NCBI GenBank assembly: GCA_043228905.1
Contig: JBHGNT010000059.1
Location: 97,030-161,029, forward strand
Origin: Azolla caroliniana
Taxonomy: Eukaryota > Plantae > Polypodiophyta
Direction: 5' to 3'
DNA: 64,000 nt
In this document: positions 45,056 to 58,654 of the stretch, one piece after another
How the letters are laid out: each line of letters opens with the position of its first letter
How positions within the stretch are numbered: the first letter of the stretch is position 1
The notes under the pieces: model-generated
What the model was told of the DNA's origin: nothing
What the model saw: only the letters and a program-made list of their open reading frames with translations
Databases searched by the model: none
Translations under genes and position numbers: made by a program

Positions 45056-46132
45056 TTAAAAGTGGCGAATACAAGCGCGTGGGCGAAGATCACATTGTTG
45101 GAGAAGGCGAGAGGTTGCCACGCTTAGAAGTTGTTCCTCCTCACCGGCCTTGAAACGACGACGTTGTTCCTCATCTTGTCGTCTGGTCATGCGATAACGG
45201 TGCTCGTCCTCCTCGCGCTCGCTACTGTCTCTCTCTCGCTCGGCATCCTCTTCCCATTGACGACGTTCCCTTGACACTTGGCTATGGCGGTGACCATCAT
45301 TGCGTGCCTCTTCTCCGCTAATGTATAAGGCCTCGCGGAGGCGGTTGCAACGCTCTTCTACGGGGATTTGTTCCACGTTCCTGCAGCATCTTTCGGAGGG
45401 CCTTGCATATCGGTTGATTTCATCCCAAGAGGTGCGACGGCTTCGTCCACGTTCTTCCTTCTCATTACGTTCTTGTAGGTGGCGGACCTGCCTATCGACG
45501 AAGTTTTGGCACTCTTGCCTCAACTCTCGGTCTCGTGGCTCATCGCGATCGCGGCCGCCACGATCCCGTTCCTCTTCGGACTCTCTCTTGTTGTCTCTGC
45601 GACGTCCTTCATCGAGGGATCCTTCACGACGTCGGTCGCGCCTCTCCTGCTCGACATCCTCCTCCCTACGTCGATCGCGCCTCTCGTCACGTGACTCATC
45701 ACGATCGCGACCGCGACGATCCCGTTCCTCTTCGGACTCTCTCTTGTTGTCTCCGTAGCGCCCCTCCTCGATGAACCCCTCGCGACGTGCCCCGCGCCTC
45801 TCCTCATCGAAATCCTCCTCCCTGCGTCGATCGCGCCTCTCCTCACGTGGCTCATCGCGATCGTGACTACGACGATCCCGGTCCTCATCCGACTCTCTCT
45901 TGTTGTCTCTGTAGCGCCTCTCATCGATGGATCCCTCACGACGTCCGTTGCGCCTCTCCTCGTCGACATCCTCCTCCCTACGTTGATCGCGTCTCTCCTC
46001 GTCAATGTCTCCCTCTCTTCGTCGATCGCGCCTCTCCTCTTCGCGATCCCGTCCTACAGATCTAGCATTGGCCGCGCCGCAGGCGGCTAGCATGATAACC
46101 GCCATGAGGAATATGATAGTGAGCTTCGCCAT
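45056..46132 (-). CDS. 2S albumin-like storage protein, copy 9 (3' flank interrupted by the DNA transposon 50 bp after stop)
   Basis: 358-aa intact ORF with more substitutions. Confidence 0.8.
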   Translation of the reverse strand: MAKLTIIFLMAVIMLAACGAANARSVGRDREEERRDRRREGDIDEERRDQRREEDVDEERRNGRREGSIDERRYRDNKRESDEDRDRRSHDRDEPREERRDRRREEDFDEERRGARREGFIEEGRYGDNKRESEEERDRRGRDRDESRDERRDRRREEDVEQERRDRRREGSLDEGRRRDNKRESEEERDRGGRDRDEPRDRELRQECQNFVDRQVRHLQERNEKEERGRSRRTSWDEINRYARPSERCCRNVEQIPVEERCNRLREALYISGEEARNDGHRHSQVSRERRQWEEDAERERDSSEREEDEHRYRMTRRQDEEQRRRFKAGEEEQLLSVATSRLLQQCDLRPRACIRHF

Positions 46133-47254
46133 TGCTTGTGTTCGGAACTACCCCGGTTCTCTCTCCGCCTATTTGAGTGTGTCATGGTTGATCCACCCTT
46201 ATATACACAAGGCCATGCATGTCTAGTACATGCATGTCCCTTCCCACGTCCATTCCTATAGACGTTAATGGCATGATCCATACTTGGGGCCACGGAAGAG
46301 ACCATTCACTTTTCACCACCCCCCTTTACGTGTCCAGGATCCTCCTGCTTCGACCTACCATATCACTAGCCCTATACTCACCTCCATCACACCAGGAGTG
46401 GGATTATGCACTTGGGCATTTCAAATCTACTAACCTATGGACGCTTCGTCCATATTGCAACGTAGACAGTATGTAACCTCATGATAGCCACCTACACATG
46501 TGATGCCATTGAGGTTGTAGAGTGCGTATGGGCCTCGTAAAACGAGGGTAAGGTGGTGAGAAAAGGTTTTTAGGGTGTTGGTTCTCTCCACGAGAACGTT
46601 ATCGGTGGTTGTGGCCACGAGGGAGTTTAGAATCCATTGCGACCAACATACGGACGACGACACGCGTTTTCATTGTGATTACAAGATCCGTCGTCGTTGT
46701 GGACGCTGCAACCACCGGAGGAATATGAAGGTGGCACCATTCAAGGACAACATTTCTAGCTGAAACATGCGTGGGCTGGTTGGTTCACACGATGATGAAA
46801 ATGGTAGATAGACATGGGAATGTCATGTGGAATCATGTTTGTAGTAGGAGTTACGATCAGCCACTACTATTGCGCACATCATGGTACGGCGAGACACGGC
46901 ATTGTATGAGGGTGGCTTCAATACAACATTGTGATGGCATCGACGTTTGACGAGTTTCGCGTTGCTCGTGAGAGAGATAGCGATAGATGGATAGAGATAG
47001 ATATAGGTAGGGTGGGAGTGGGTAGTGTGCGTGTGGGCACGTTACCTAGTCATGTGTGCGTGGAGTTTCATTTTGCTTGTGCAGTGAGCGAGCAAGGGCA
47101 CGCGACCTGATCGTGCGTGCGTGCGTGCGTGTTGTGCGCGGGCGTGGGAGAAATATGATTGAGAGGGTTATGAGAACGTCAAGACACCACAGAGCACACC
47201 ATTTACATTTACGATGTTCAGAAAGTGTATAGTTGAAAAAGTTATGTACGTTCT

Positions 47255-48296
47255 TTAAAAGTGGCGAATACAAGCGCGTGTGTGAAGATCACATTGTTGG
47301 AGAAGGCGAGAGGTTGCCACGCTTAGAAGTTGTTCCTCCTCACCGACCTTGAAACGACGACGTTGTTCCTCATCTTGTCGTCCGGTCATGCGATAACGGC
47401 GCTCGTCCTCCTCGCGCTCGCTACTGTCTCTCTCTCGCTCGGCATCCTCTTCCCATTGACGACGTTCCCTTGACACTTGGCTATGGCGGTGACCAACATT
47501 GCGTGCCTCTTCTCCGCTAATGTATAAGGCCTCGCAGAGGCGGTTGCAACGCTCTTCTACGGGGATTTGTTCCGCGTTCCTGCAGCATCTTTCGGAGGGA
47601 GGTCCTTGCATATCGGCTGATTTCATCCCAAGAGGTGCGACGGCTTCGTCCACGTTCTTCCTTCTCATTACGTTCTTGTAGGTGGCGGACCTGCCTATCG
47701 ACGAAGTTTTGGCACTCTTGCCTCAACTCTCGGTCTCGTGGCTCATCGCGATCGCGGCCGTGACGATCCCGTTCCTCTTCGGACTCTCTCTTGTTGTCTC
47801 TGCGACGTCCTTCATCGAGGGATCCTTCACGACGTCGATCGCGCCTCTCGTCACGTGACTCATCACGATCGCGACCGCGACGATCCCGTTCCTCCTCGGA
47901 CTCTCTCTTGTTGTCTCCGTAGCGCCCCTCCTCGATGGACCCCTCGCGACGTCCCCCGCGCCTCTCCTCATCGAAATCCTCCTCCCTGCATCGATCGCGC
48001 CTCTCCTCACGTGGCTCATCGCGATCGTGACTGCGACGATCCCGGTCCTCATCCGACTCTCTCTTGTTGTCTCTATAGCGCCTCTCATGGATGGATCCCT
48101 CACGACGTCCGTTGCGCCTCTCCTCGTCGACATCCTCCTCCCTACGTTGATCGCGTCTCTCCTCGTCAATGTCTCCCTCTCTTCGTCGATCGCGCCTCTC
48201 CTCTTCGCGATCCCGTCCTAAAGATCTAGCATTGGCCGCGCCGCAGGCAGCTAGCATGATAACCGCCATGAGGAATATGATAGTGAGCTTCGCCAT
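47255..48296 (-). pseudogene. 2S albumin-like copy 10, frameshifted
   Basis: 4-bp insertion near 47598 before the CC motif and an in-frame 39-bp deletion; length 1042 = 1077-39+4. Confidence 0.88.
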
Positions 48297-49417
48297 TGCT
48301 TGTGTTCGGAACTACCCCGGTTCTCTCTCCGCCTATTTGAGTGTGTCATGGTTGATCCACCCTTATATACACAAGGCCATGCATATCTAGTACACGCATG
48401 TCCCTTCCCACGTCCATTCCTATAGACGTTAATGGCATGATCCATACTTGGGCCACGGAAGAGACCATTCACTTTTCACCACCCCCCTTTACGTGTCCAG
48501 GATCCTCCTTCTTCGACCTACCATATCACTAGCCCTATACTCACCTCCATCACACCAGGAGTGGGATTATGCACTTGGGCATTTCAAATCTACTAACCTA
48601 TGGACGCTTCGTCCATATTGCAACGTAGACAGTATGTAACCTCATGATAGCCACCTACACATGTGATGCCATTGAGGTTGTAGAGTGCGTATGGGCCTCG
48701 TAAAACGAGGGTAAGGTGGTGAGAAAAGGTTTTTAGGGTGTTGGTTCTCTCCACGAGAACGTTATCGGTGGTTGTGGCCACGAGGGAGTTTAGAATCCAT
48801 TGCGACCAACATACGGACGACGACACGCGTTTTCATTGTGATTACAAGATCCGTCGTCATTGTGGACGCTGCAACCACCGGAGGAATATGAAGGTGGCAC
48901 CATTCAAGGACAACATTTCTAGGTGAAACATGCGTGGGCTGGTTGGTTCACACGACGATGAAAATGGTAGATAGACATGGGAATGTCATGTGGAATCATG
49001 TTTGTAGTAGGAGTTACGATCAACCACTACTATTGCGCACATCACGGTACGGCGAGACACGGCATTGTATGAGGGTGGCTTCAATACAACATTGTGATGG
49101 CATCGACGTTTGACGAGTTTCGCTTTGCTCGTGAGAGAGATAGCGATAGATGGATAGAGATAGATATAGGTAGGGTGGGAGTGGGTAGTGTGCGTGTGGG
49201 CACGTTACCAAATCATGTGTGCGTGGAGTTTGATTTTGCTTGTGCAGTGAGCGAGCGAGGGCACGCGACCTGATCGTGCGTGCGTGCGTGCGTGTTGTGC
49301 GCGAGCGTGGGAGAAATATGATTGAGAGGGTTATGAGAACGTCAAGACACCATAGAGCACACCATTTACATTTACGCTGTTCAGAAAGTGTATAGTTGAA
49401 GAAGTTATGTACGTTCT

Positions 49418-50493
49418 TTAAAAGTGGCGAATACAAGCGCGTGGGCGAAGATCACATTGTTGGAGAAGGCGAGAGGTTGCCACGCTTAGAAGTTGTTCCT
49501 CCTCACCGGCCTTGAAACGACGACGTTGTTCCTCATCTTGTCGTCCGGTCATGCGATAACGGCGCTCGTCCTCCTCGCGCTCGCTACTGTCTCTCTCTCG
49601 CTCGGCATCCTCTTCCCATTGACGACGTTCCCTTGACACTTGGCTATGGCGGTGACCATCATTGCGTGCCTCTTCTCCGCTAATGTATAAGGCCTCGCGG
49701 AGGCGGTTGCAACGCTCTTCTACGGGGATTTGTTCCACGTTCCTGCAGCATCTTTCGGAGGGCCTTGCATATCGGCTGATTTCATCCCAAGAGGTGCGAC
49801 GGCTTCGTCCACGTTCTTCCTTCTCATTACGTTCTTGTAGGTGGCGGACCTGCCTATCGACGAAGTTTTGGCACTCTTGCCTCAACTCTCGGTCTCGTGG
49901 CTCGTCGCGATCTCGGCCGCGACGATCCCGTTCCTCTTCGGACTCTCTCTTGTTGTCTCTGCGACGTCCTTCATCGAGGGATCCTTCACGACGTCGGTCG
50001 CGCCTCTCCTGCTCGACATCCTCCTCCCTACGTCGATCGCGCCTCTCGTCACGTGACTCATCACGATCGCGACCGCGACGATCCCGTTCCTCTTCGGACT
50101 CTCTCTTGTTGTCTCCGTAGCGCCCCTCCTCGATGGACCCCTCGCGACGTCCCCCGCGCCTCTCCTCATCGAAATCCTCCTCCCTGCGTCGATCGCGCCT
50201 CTCCTCACGTGGCTCATCGCGATCGTGACTGCGACGGTCCCGGTCCTCATCCGACTCTCTCTTGTTGTCTCTGTAGCGCCTCTCATCGATGGATCCCTCA
50301 CGACGTCCGCTGCGCCTCTCCTCGTCGACATCCTCCTCCCAACGTCGATCGCGTCTCTCCTCGCAATGTCTCCCTCTCTTCGTCGATCGCGCCTCTCCTC
50401 TTCGCGATCCCGTCCTACAGATCTAGCATTGGCCGCGCCGCAGGCGGCTAGCATGATAACCGCCATGAGGAATATGATAGTGAGCTTCGCCGT
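49418..50493 (-). pseudogene. 2S albumin-like copy 11, start lost and frameshifted
   Basis: ATG>ACG at 50491-50493, 1-bp deletion near 50364, RY-containing promoter segment replaced by an LTR fragment. Confidence 0.9.
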
Positions 50494-50610
50494 TGCTTGT
50501 GTTCGGAACTACCCCGGTTCTCTCTCCGTCTATTTGAGTGTGGCATGGTTGATCCATCCTTATAATATGGGTTGATCCACTCTTATTTGAGTGTTTCATG
50601 GTTGATCCAT

Positions 50611-51571
50611 TGTTACGGGCATGACCATATAATATCTCGTGGTAAGAATTTACCGGAGTATTCTATACACGTGGATAAGTGTGAGGGTTAAACGAGAGTG
50701 TAAAGAAGGGAGGATTACTTTTAATCGTCGGGATTGAGACAACCCATTAGGTCAAGTGTGAACTTGCCTGGGGGCCTTGGGTATCGCTATAAATAAGAGG
50801 CCTAGCTACCCTCATTTGATCATCTTTTGACTACATCGAGACTCTGCTCGTGTGGTGGGTCAACTCTTGTAGCGAGCGCGCCAGCACCAGGTACGACTCG
50901 ACGCCACGGCGGTGGTATGGGACGCCGATCGAGGCTCGAGTCCGTCTCGATCCCTTCGCTCGGGGGTGGTCGGGTGGATCGGCACCCTTCTTTCTCTTTC
51001 TCCTTTCTATCTTTCATTTCTTTATCCTTATCTTAATCTTACTTTAGTACCTAGATCTATAATATTTGGTATCAGATTTTTGTACTAATGTTTCTTTGTT
51101 TTTCATTTGTCTTTTGATTGATGCTGATCGATCGTTGTGCGGTTGGCCTTGATCCAGACAACGTTCAACAAAGAACTTCGGTAACTCTTTCCATAATTTT
51201 TCTTTCTATTCTCTCTTCTCCCATCTAATCATGTGTTTAGTTTATATGTAATTTTTTTTCATTAAGTCAATGATGTTGTAGTGGTCTTTAATTGATTATC
51301 TAAAACGTTTACATATGTGCACGAGGTCAATACCTCGTTTGACATATTAATAATATGTGATGAGTGTCGTATGCGTACGAGGTTAATACCTCAATTACGT
51401 ATTACGTTCACGAACATATGTTACGTTTGCGTATGACTTTAATACCTTGATTTGTTGTAAACGATATGCGTTTGGTCTCGTATGCGTAAGAGGTCAATAC
51501 CTCCATTGCGTATTACGATGATCTCTTATTTGTAGATGTTTCGTGTGCGTATGCCATCGTAATTACGAGAC
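50611..51571 (+). mobile_element. Truncated chromovirus-type Gypsy: 5' LTR (50611-51064) + Met PBS + 5' UTR fragment
   Basis: TGTTACGGGC...TAATA then TGGTATCAGA (tRNA-iMet PBS, 51067-51076); matches the reverse complement of 61525-62251. Confidence 0.85.
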
Positions 51572-52566
51572 TAGACGTTAATGGCATGATCCATACTTGG
51601 GCCACGGAAGAGACCATTCACTTTTCACCACCCCCCTTTACGTGTCCAGGATCCTCCTGCTTCGACCTACCATATCACTAGCCCTATACTCACCTCCATC
51701 ACAGCAGGAGTGGGATTATGCACTTGGGCATTTCAAATCTACTAACCAATGGACGCTTCGTCCATATTGCAACGTAGACAGTATGTAACCTCATGATAGC
51801 CACCTACACATGTGATGCCATTGAGGTTGTAGAGTGCGTATGGGCCTCGTAAAACGAGGGTAAGGTGGTGAGAAAAGGTTTTTAGGGTGTTGGTTCTCTC
51901 CACGAGAACGTTATCGGTGGTTGTGGCCACGAGGGAGTTTAGAATCCATTGCGACCAACATACGGACGACGACACGCGTTTTCATTGTGATTACAAGATC
52001 CGTCGTCGTTGTGGACGCTGCAACCACCGGAGGAATATGAAGGTGGCACCATTCAAGGACAACATTTCTAGGTGAAACATGCGTGGGCTGGTTGGTTCAC
52101 ACGATGATGAAAATGGTAGATAGACATGGGAATGTCATGTGGAATCATGTGTGTAGTAGGAGTTACGATCAGCCACTACTATTGCGCACATCATGGTACG
52201 GAGAGACACGGCATTGTATGAGGGTGGCTTCAATACAACATTGTGATGGCATCGACGTTTGACGAGTTTCGCGTTGCTCGTGAGAGAGATAGCGATAGAT
52301 GGATAGAGATAGATATAGGTAGGGTGGGAGTGGGTAGTGTGCGTGTGGGCACGTTACCTAATCATGTGTGCGTGGAGTTTCATTTTGCTTGTGCAATGAG
52401 CGAGCGAGGGCACGCGACCTGATCGTGCGTGCGTGCGTGCGTGTTGTGCGCGAGCGTGGGAGAAATATGATTGAGAGGGTTATGAGAACGTCAAGACACC
52501 ACAGAGCACACCATTTACATTTACAATGTTCAGAAAGTGTATAGTTGAAAAAGTTATGTACGTTCT

Positions 52567-53643
52567 TTAAAAGTGGCGAATACAAGCGCGTGGGCGAAGA
52601 TCACATTGTTGGAGAAGGCGAGAGGTTGCCACGCTTAGAAGTTGTTCCTCCTCACCGGCCTTGAAAAGACGATGTTGTTCCTCATCTTGTGGTCCGGTCA
52701 TGCGATAACGGCGCTCGTCCTCCTCGCGCTCGCTACTGTCTCTCTCTCGCTCGGCATCCTCTTCCCATTGACGACGTTCCCTTGACACTTGGCTATGGCG
52801 GTGACCATCATTGCGTGCCTCTTCTCCGCTAATGTATAAGGCCTCGCGGAGGCGATTGCAACGCTCTTCTACGGCAATTTGTTCCACGTCCCTGCAACAT
52901 CTTTCGGTGGGCCTTGCATATCGGCTGATTTCATCCCAAGAGGTGCGACAGCGTCATCCACGTTCTTCCTTCTCATTACGTTCTTGTAGGTGGCGGACCT
53001 GCCTATCGACGAAGTTTTGGCACTCGTGCCTCAACTCTCGGTCTCGTGGCTCATCGTGATCACGACCGCGACGATCCCGTTCCTCTTCGGACCCTCTCTT
53101 GTTGTCTCTGCGACGTCCTTCATCGAGGGATCCTTCACGACGTCGGTCGCGTCTCTCCTGCTCAACATCCTCCTCCCTACGTCGATCGCGCCTCTCGTCA
53201 CGTGACTCATCACGATCGCGACCGCGACGATCCTGTTCCTCTTCCGACTCTCTCTTGTTGTCTCCGTAGCGCCCCTCCTCGATGGACCCCTCGCGACGTC
53301 CCCCGCGCCTCTCCTCATCGAAATCCTCCTCCCTGCGTCGATCGCGCCTCTCCTCACGTGGCTCATCGCGATCGTGACTGCGACGATCCCGGTCCTCATC
53401 CCACTCTCTCTTGTTGTCTCTGTAGCGCCTCTCATCGATGGATCCCTCACGACGTCCGCTCCGCCTCTCCTCCTCGACATCCTCCTCCTTACGTCGATCG
53501 CATCTCTCCTCGTCGATGTCTCCCTCTCTTCATCGATCGCGCCTCTCCTCTTCGCGATCCCGTCCTACAGATCTAGCATTGGCCGCGCCGCAGGCGGCTA
53601 GCATGATAACCGCCATGAGGAATATAATAGGGAGCTTCGCCAT
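52567..53643 (-). pseudogene. 2S albumin-like copy 12 with premature stops
   Basis: CGA>TGA at 53530-53532 and 52954-52956; one Cys of the CC motif also lost. Confidence 0.88.
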
Positions 53644-54017
53644 TGCTTGTGTTCGGAACTACTCCGGTTCTCTCTCCGCCTATTTGAGTGTGTCATGGGT
53701 GATCCACCCTTATATACACAAGGCCATGCATGTCTAGTACATGCATGTCCCTTCCCACGTCCATTCCTATAGACGTTAATGGCATGATCCATACTTGGGC
53801 CACGGAAGAGACCATTCACTTTTCACCACCGCCCTTTTGCGTGTCCAGGATCCTCCTGCTTTGACCTACCATATCACTAGCCCTATACTCACCTCCATCA
53901 CACCAGTAGTGGGATTATGCACTTGGGCATTTCAAATCTACTAACCTATGGACGCTTCGTCCATATTGCAACGTAGACAGTATGTAACCTCATGATGGCC
54001 ACCTACACATGTGATGC

Positions 54018-55831
54018 CAATGGATCTCCCGTACAATTTTTATGTGATTAGGGAAGCTCACACAATTTTGTGAATGATCGTTTGGTTCAGATATGGGGAA
54101 TCCAACCCACCGTAAGTGATCACACCTACACGGTGCACTTGGTTGATGGAAGAGTACAATACGTCAACGGGGCGATTCATTCATTAGGAATTTCTATTGA
54201 TACTTATATAGAGGAAGTAGACTTCCATGTAATGAATCTTCCATGAACGATTATACGCATTTTATTCAATGTGTAAAAAAACAATCCCTCTCGATTGTTT
54301 CTTTGTGTCCATCAATATCCGAGTTGTCTTGTTCTACGTTCTTTTATTGTGTACTTGATCCAGACATTCACGTTTACGATATCGATAATGTCCCGATTCA
54401 ATTAACATATTTTGAACAACAACAACTTGATGAAATCTTAAATGATTTTCATGATGTTTTTCCAAGTGAACTACCTGATGGGTTACCTCCTAAACGTAAT
54501 ATAGACCATCGTATAGATATTGTACCTGGTGTTGCACCAATAAGTATACCTCCGTATCGCTTAAGTCGATCCGAAGAAGATGAGGTATCTAAGCAACTCA
54601 AGGACTATTTACGAATGGGTTATATACGTTATAGTAAATCTCCATGGGGTGCACCCGTTCTCTTGGTTAAAAAGAAAGAGGGCACATGGCGTATGTGTAT
54701 TAATTATCGACGCTTGAATAAAGTGACGATCAAGAATTCGTATCCATTGCCCCGGGCTGATGATCTAATTGACCGTCTCCAGGGAGCTCGGTATTTTACG
54801 AAACTTGATCTCCGTACTGGCTACCATCAAATACGAATAAGTGAGGACGATGTTCCTAAAATGGCATTTCGTACGCGCTATGGCCATTACGAATTTTTGG
54901 TTATGCCTTTTGGTTTGACCAATGCTCCGGCTACTTCTCAACAAGAAATGAATGACATTTTCCAAGAACAACTTGGAAAATTTGTCGTTATTTTCTTGGA
55001 TGATATTTTAGTTTATAGCCGTACATTACAAGAACATGCTAGACATGTCCGCTTTGTTTTACAAACATTGCGTGACAAACAGTTTTATGCGAAGATCTCG
55101 AAATGTGAGTTCTTCAAGAAATCAATTACTTATCTAGGACATCTCATAACCGAACGAGGACTTGAAATTGATCCTTCTCGCATTGAGAAAATCAAGCATT
55201 GGCCCACTCTTCGGAATATTCGAGAAGTTCGATCATTCCTTGGTTTTGTGGGGTTTTTGCGAAAGTCTCTTCGTAATTACTGCCAATTGACGACGCCGTT
55301 TACTGATCTTTTAAAAGGTCAAACGCGTAAGTCTACAAAACCTATTGTGTGGAATGCTACACTAGACCTTGCCTTTAAGGAATTCAAGGACCTGGTTTGC
55401 AAGGCTCCTTCACTTCTTTTGAGGTTGAAACCGATGCAAGCGATTATGCTATAGGTGCTGTCTTATATCAAGATGGTAAACCAATAGCATTCGAGAGTAA
55501 GAAACTTGATTCTGCTCAATGTCGGTATACCGTTCAAGAAAAGGAATTATTCGCAGTTATACATGCGCTCAAAACATGGTGCCATTATCTTTATGGAAAT
55601 CACTTTGTGGTAACTACGGACCACGAGTCCTTGAAATATTTTCGTGACCAACAAGACCTGAAAGGTCGTAAGGCACGATGGGCTGATCTCATCCAGGACT
55701 TTGATTTCTCCATACGATATCGTAAAGGTTCCATGAACGCTGTCGCTGATGCACTAAGTCGCATCCGTGAAGTTAACATGTTTAGCTTCACTGCAATATC
55801 ATCAGATCTTTATGATCACCTTCGAGGAAAG
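54018..55831 (+). mobile_element. Inverted pol fragment (PR-RT-RH, frameshifted) of the chromovirus-type element
   Basis: ORFs 54243-55454 ([16 protein letters not shown]) and 55397-55873 ([12 protein letters not shown]); reverse-complement copy of ~57435-59343. Confidence 0.9.
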
Positions 55832-55970
55832 TTCACACTTGACATAATGGGTTGTCTCAATCCCGAGGATTAAAAGTAATCCTCCCCTTCTTTACACTCT
55901 CGTTTAACCCTCACACTTATCCACGTGTATAGAATACTACGGTAAATTCTTACCACGGGATATTATATGG

Positions 55971-57332
55971 TCATGCCCGTAACATACTCCCCCTTTTTAA
56001 AACATTGCACTTTTGCAATGGAAAGTTAGGGAAGTTAGTTCTAAGAGTATTTTCGCGTTCCCATGTGTCATCTTTTATTGATTTATCCATCCATTTTATT
56101 TTAAATTCTCGGATTTCTTTAGTACTTAATTTTTTTGTTTTAACATGGAGAATTCTTTCTGGTACATGTGGTTTAGAAGATAATTCTTCAGAAGTAACCA
56201 GAGTTTCAGTCGTAACTGTATTGTCGCCAGAACCTAGAAGTTCTTTTAGACGACTCACATGAAAGACTGGATGAATTCCGACACCATCGGGAAGAGCGAG
56301 ACGATAGGCTGATGACCCAATGCATTTGAGGATTGTAAAAGGTCCACAAAACCGTGGGGCTAACTTAGCGTACTTACCCGTAGACAATGTCTTAGAATTG
56401 TGAGGTACACGTAAAAATACCTTCTGTCCAAGGTTGAATACACGAGGTTGCCTATGATGATCGGCATAAAAACGCGCTCTATCTTGAGCAGTTTTTATAT
56501 TATCTCGTGCAATATGCAACATATCTTGCATATCCCGAAGAAAGTTTTGCGTACTTCGCAACTCATCATGAGGTATATTAACATCATTCGGGGCTCGTAG
56601 CTGAAAACCATACATCAACATAAAAGGACTATATCCCGTCGACGAATGCTTGGAGCTGTTATAAGCAAACTCCAAAATTGGGAGATAATGTTCCCATTTT
56701 GTTGGTTTTGCACCAACGTATGCTCGAAGCATGTCCTCAATAATTTGATTTACTCGTTCTGTCTGTCCATCGGATTGAGGATGATCCGTGGAGCTCATGC
56801 TCAACGTAGTTTCTAACTTCTTAAAGACTTGTGTCCAGAAGTCACTAGTAAACTTTAGATCTCGATCACTCACGATATCCATCGGTAACCCATAAAAACG
56901 AAACAATTCGTCAACGAATTGGTAAGCCAATTCAGGAGCTGTTACCGTGGTTTTAGTAGCAATAAATCTGGCCATTTTAGTTAGTCGATCGACGACAACC
57001 CAGATGGCATCATGACCTTTTTGGGTGCGAGGAAGGCTAACAATAAAATCCATGGATATACTTTCCCACTTATTATTGGGAATGTCCAAGGGATGTAAAA
57101 GTCCTGCGGCTTTAAGTCGCTCGGCTTTGGTAACCTGACACTGGTGACATTTAGTCACATAGCTATGTATGTCAGGACGCATCTTAGGCCAATAAAATTG
57201 AGTGGAGATGACAACGAGTGTACGATGTATTCCAGGGTGCCCTGCTGAGGGTGCATCATGGCATTCAAAAAGAATCCTCATTTTGACCTCGGGTAAATCT
57301 GGAACACAAACCTTCCCATTACGGTAGAGCAA
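55971..57332 (-). pseudogene. Integrase with C-terminal chromodomain
   Basis: HDAPSAGHPG..CHQC, WESISMDF, HPQSDGQTE, GPF, then PERIL...FKIKWM...DDTWE. Confidence 0.88.
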
Positions 57333-58654
57333 ACCGTTAGCAATGTGGAAGTATTCCTTCGAGGATGTGGTGGTGTCTGTTCCAGACTCAACTCTTGCCC
57401 AGTATTTTGCGAAATAACTGTCATCAGGATACTTTCCTCGAAGGTGATCATAAAGATCTGATGATATTTCAGTGAAGCTAAGCGTGTTAAGCGTGCATCA
57501 GCGACAATGTTCATGGGACCTTTACGATATCGTATGGAAAAATCAAAGTCCTGGATGAGATCAGCCCATCGTGCCTTACGACCTTTCAGGTCTTGTTGGT
57601 CACGAAAATATTTCAAGGACTCGTGGTCCGTAGTTACCACAAAGTGATTTCCATAAAGATAATGGGGCCATGTTTTGAGCGCATGTATAACTGCAAATAA
57701 TTCCTTTTCTTGAACGGTATACCGACATTGAGCAGAATCAAGTTTCTTACTCTCGAATGCTATTGGTTTACCATCTTGATACAAGACAGCACCTATAGCA
57801 TAATCGCTTGCATCGGTTTCAACCTCAAAAGGTTTTGAAGGATCAGGTAAAAGAAGTGAAGGAGCCTTGCAAACTAGGTCCTTGAGTTCCTTAAATGCAA
57901 GGTCTAGTGTAGCATTCCACACAATAGGTTTTGTAGACTTACGCGTTTGACCTTTTAAAAGATCAGTAAACGACATCGTCAATTGGGAGTAATTACGAAG
58001 AGACTTTCGCAAAAACCCCACAAAACCAAGGAATGATCGAACTTCTCGAATATTCCGAAGAGTGGGCCAAAGCTTGATTTTCTCAATGCGAGAAGGATCA
58101 ATTTCAAGTCCTCGTTCGGTTATGAGATGTCCTAGATAAGTAATTGATTTTTTGAAGAACTCACATTTTGAGATCTTCGCATAAAACTGTTTGTCACGCA
58201 ATGTTTGTAAAACAAATCGGACATGTCTAGCATGTTCTTGTAATGTACGGCTATAAACTAAAATATCATCCAAGAAAATAACGACAAATTTTCCAAGTTG
58301 TTCTCGGAAAATGTCATTCATTTCTTGTTGAAAAGTAGCCGGAGCATTGGTCAAACCAAAAGGCATAACCAAAAACTCGTAATGGCCATAGCGCGTACGA
58401 AATGCAGTTTTAGGAACATCGTCCTCACTTATTTGTATTTGATGGTAGCCAGTACGGAGATCAAGTTTCGTAAAATACCGAGCTCCCTGAAGACGGTGAA
58501 TTAGATCGTCAGCCCGGGGCAATGGATACGAATTCTTGATCGTCACTTTATTCAAGCGTCGGTAATTAATACCCATACGCCATGTGCCCTCTTTCTTTTT
58601 AACCAAGAGAACTGGTGCACCCCATGGAGATTTACTATAACGTATATAACCCAT
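57278..58654 (-). pseudogene. RT-RNaseH of chromovirus element
   Basis: [27 protein letters not shown]; frameshifted relative to integrase. Confidence 0.88.
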
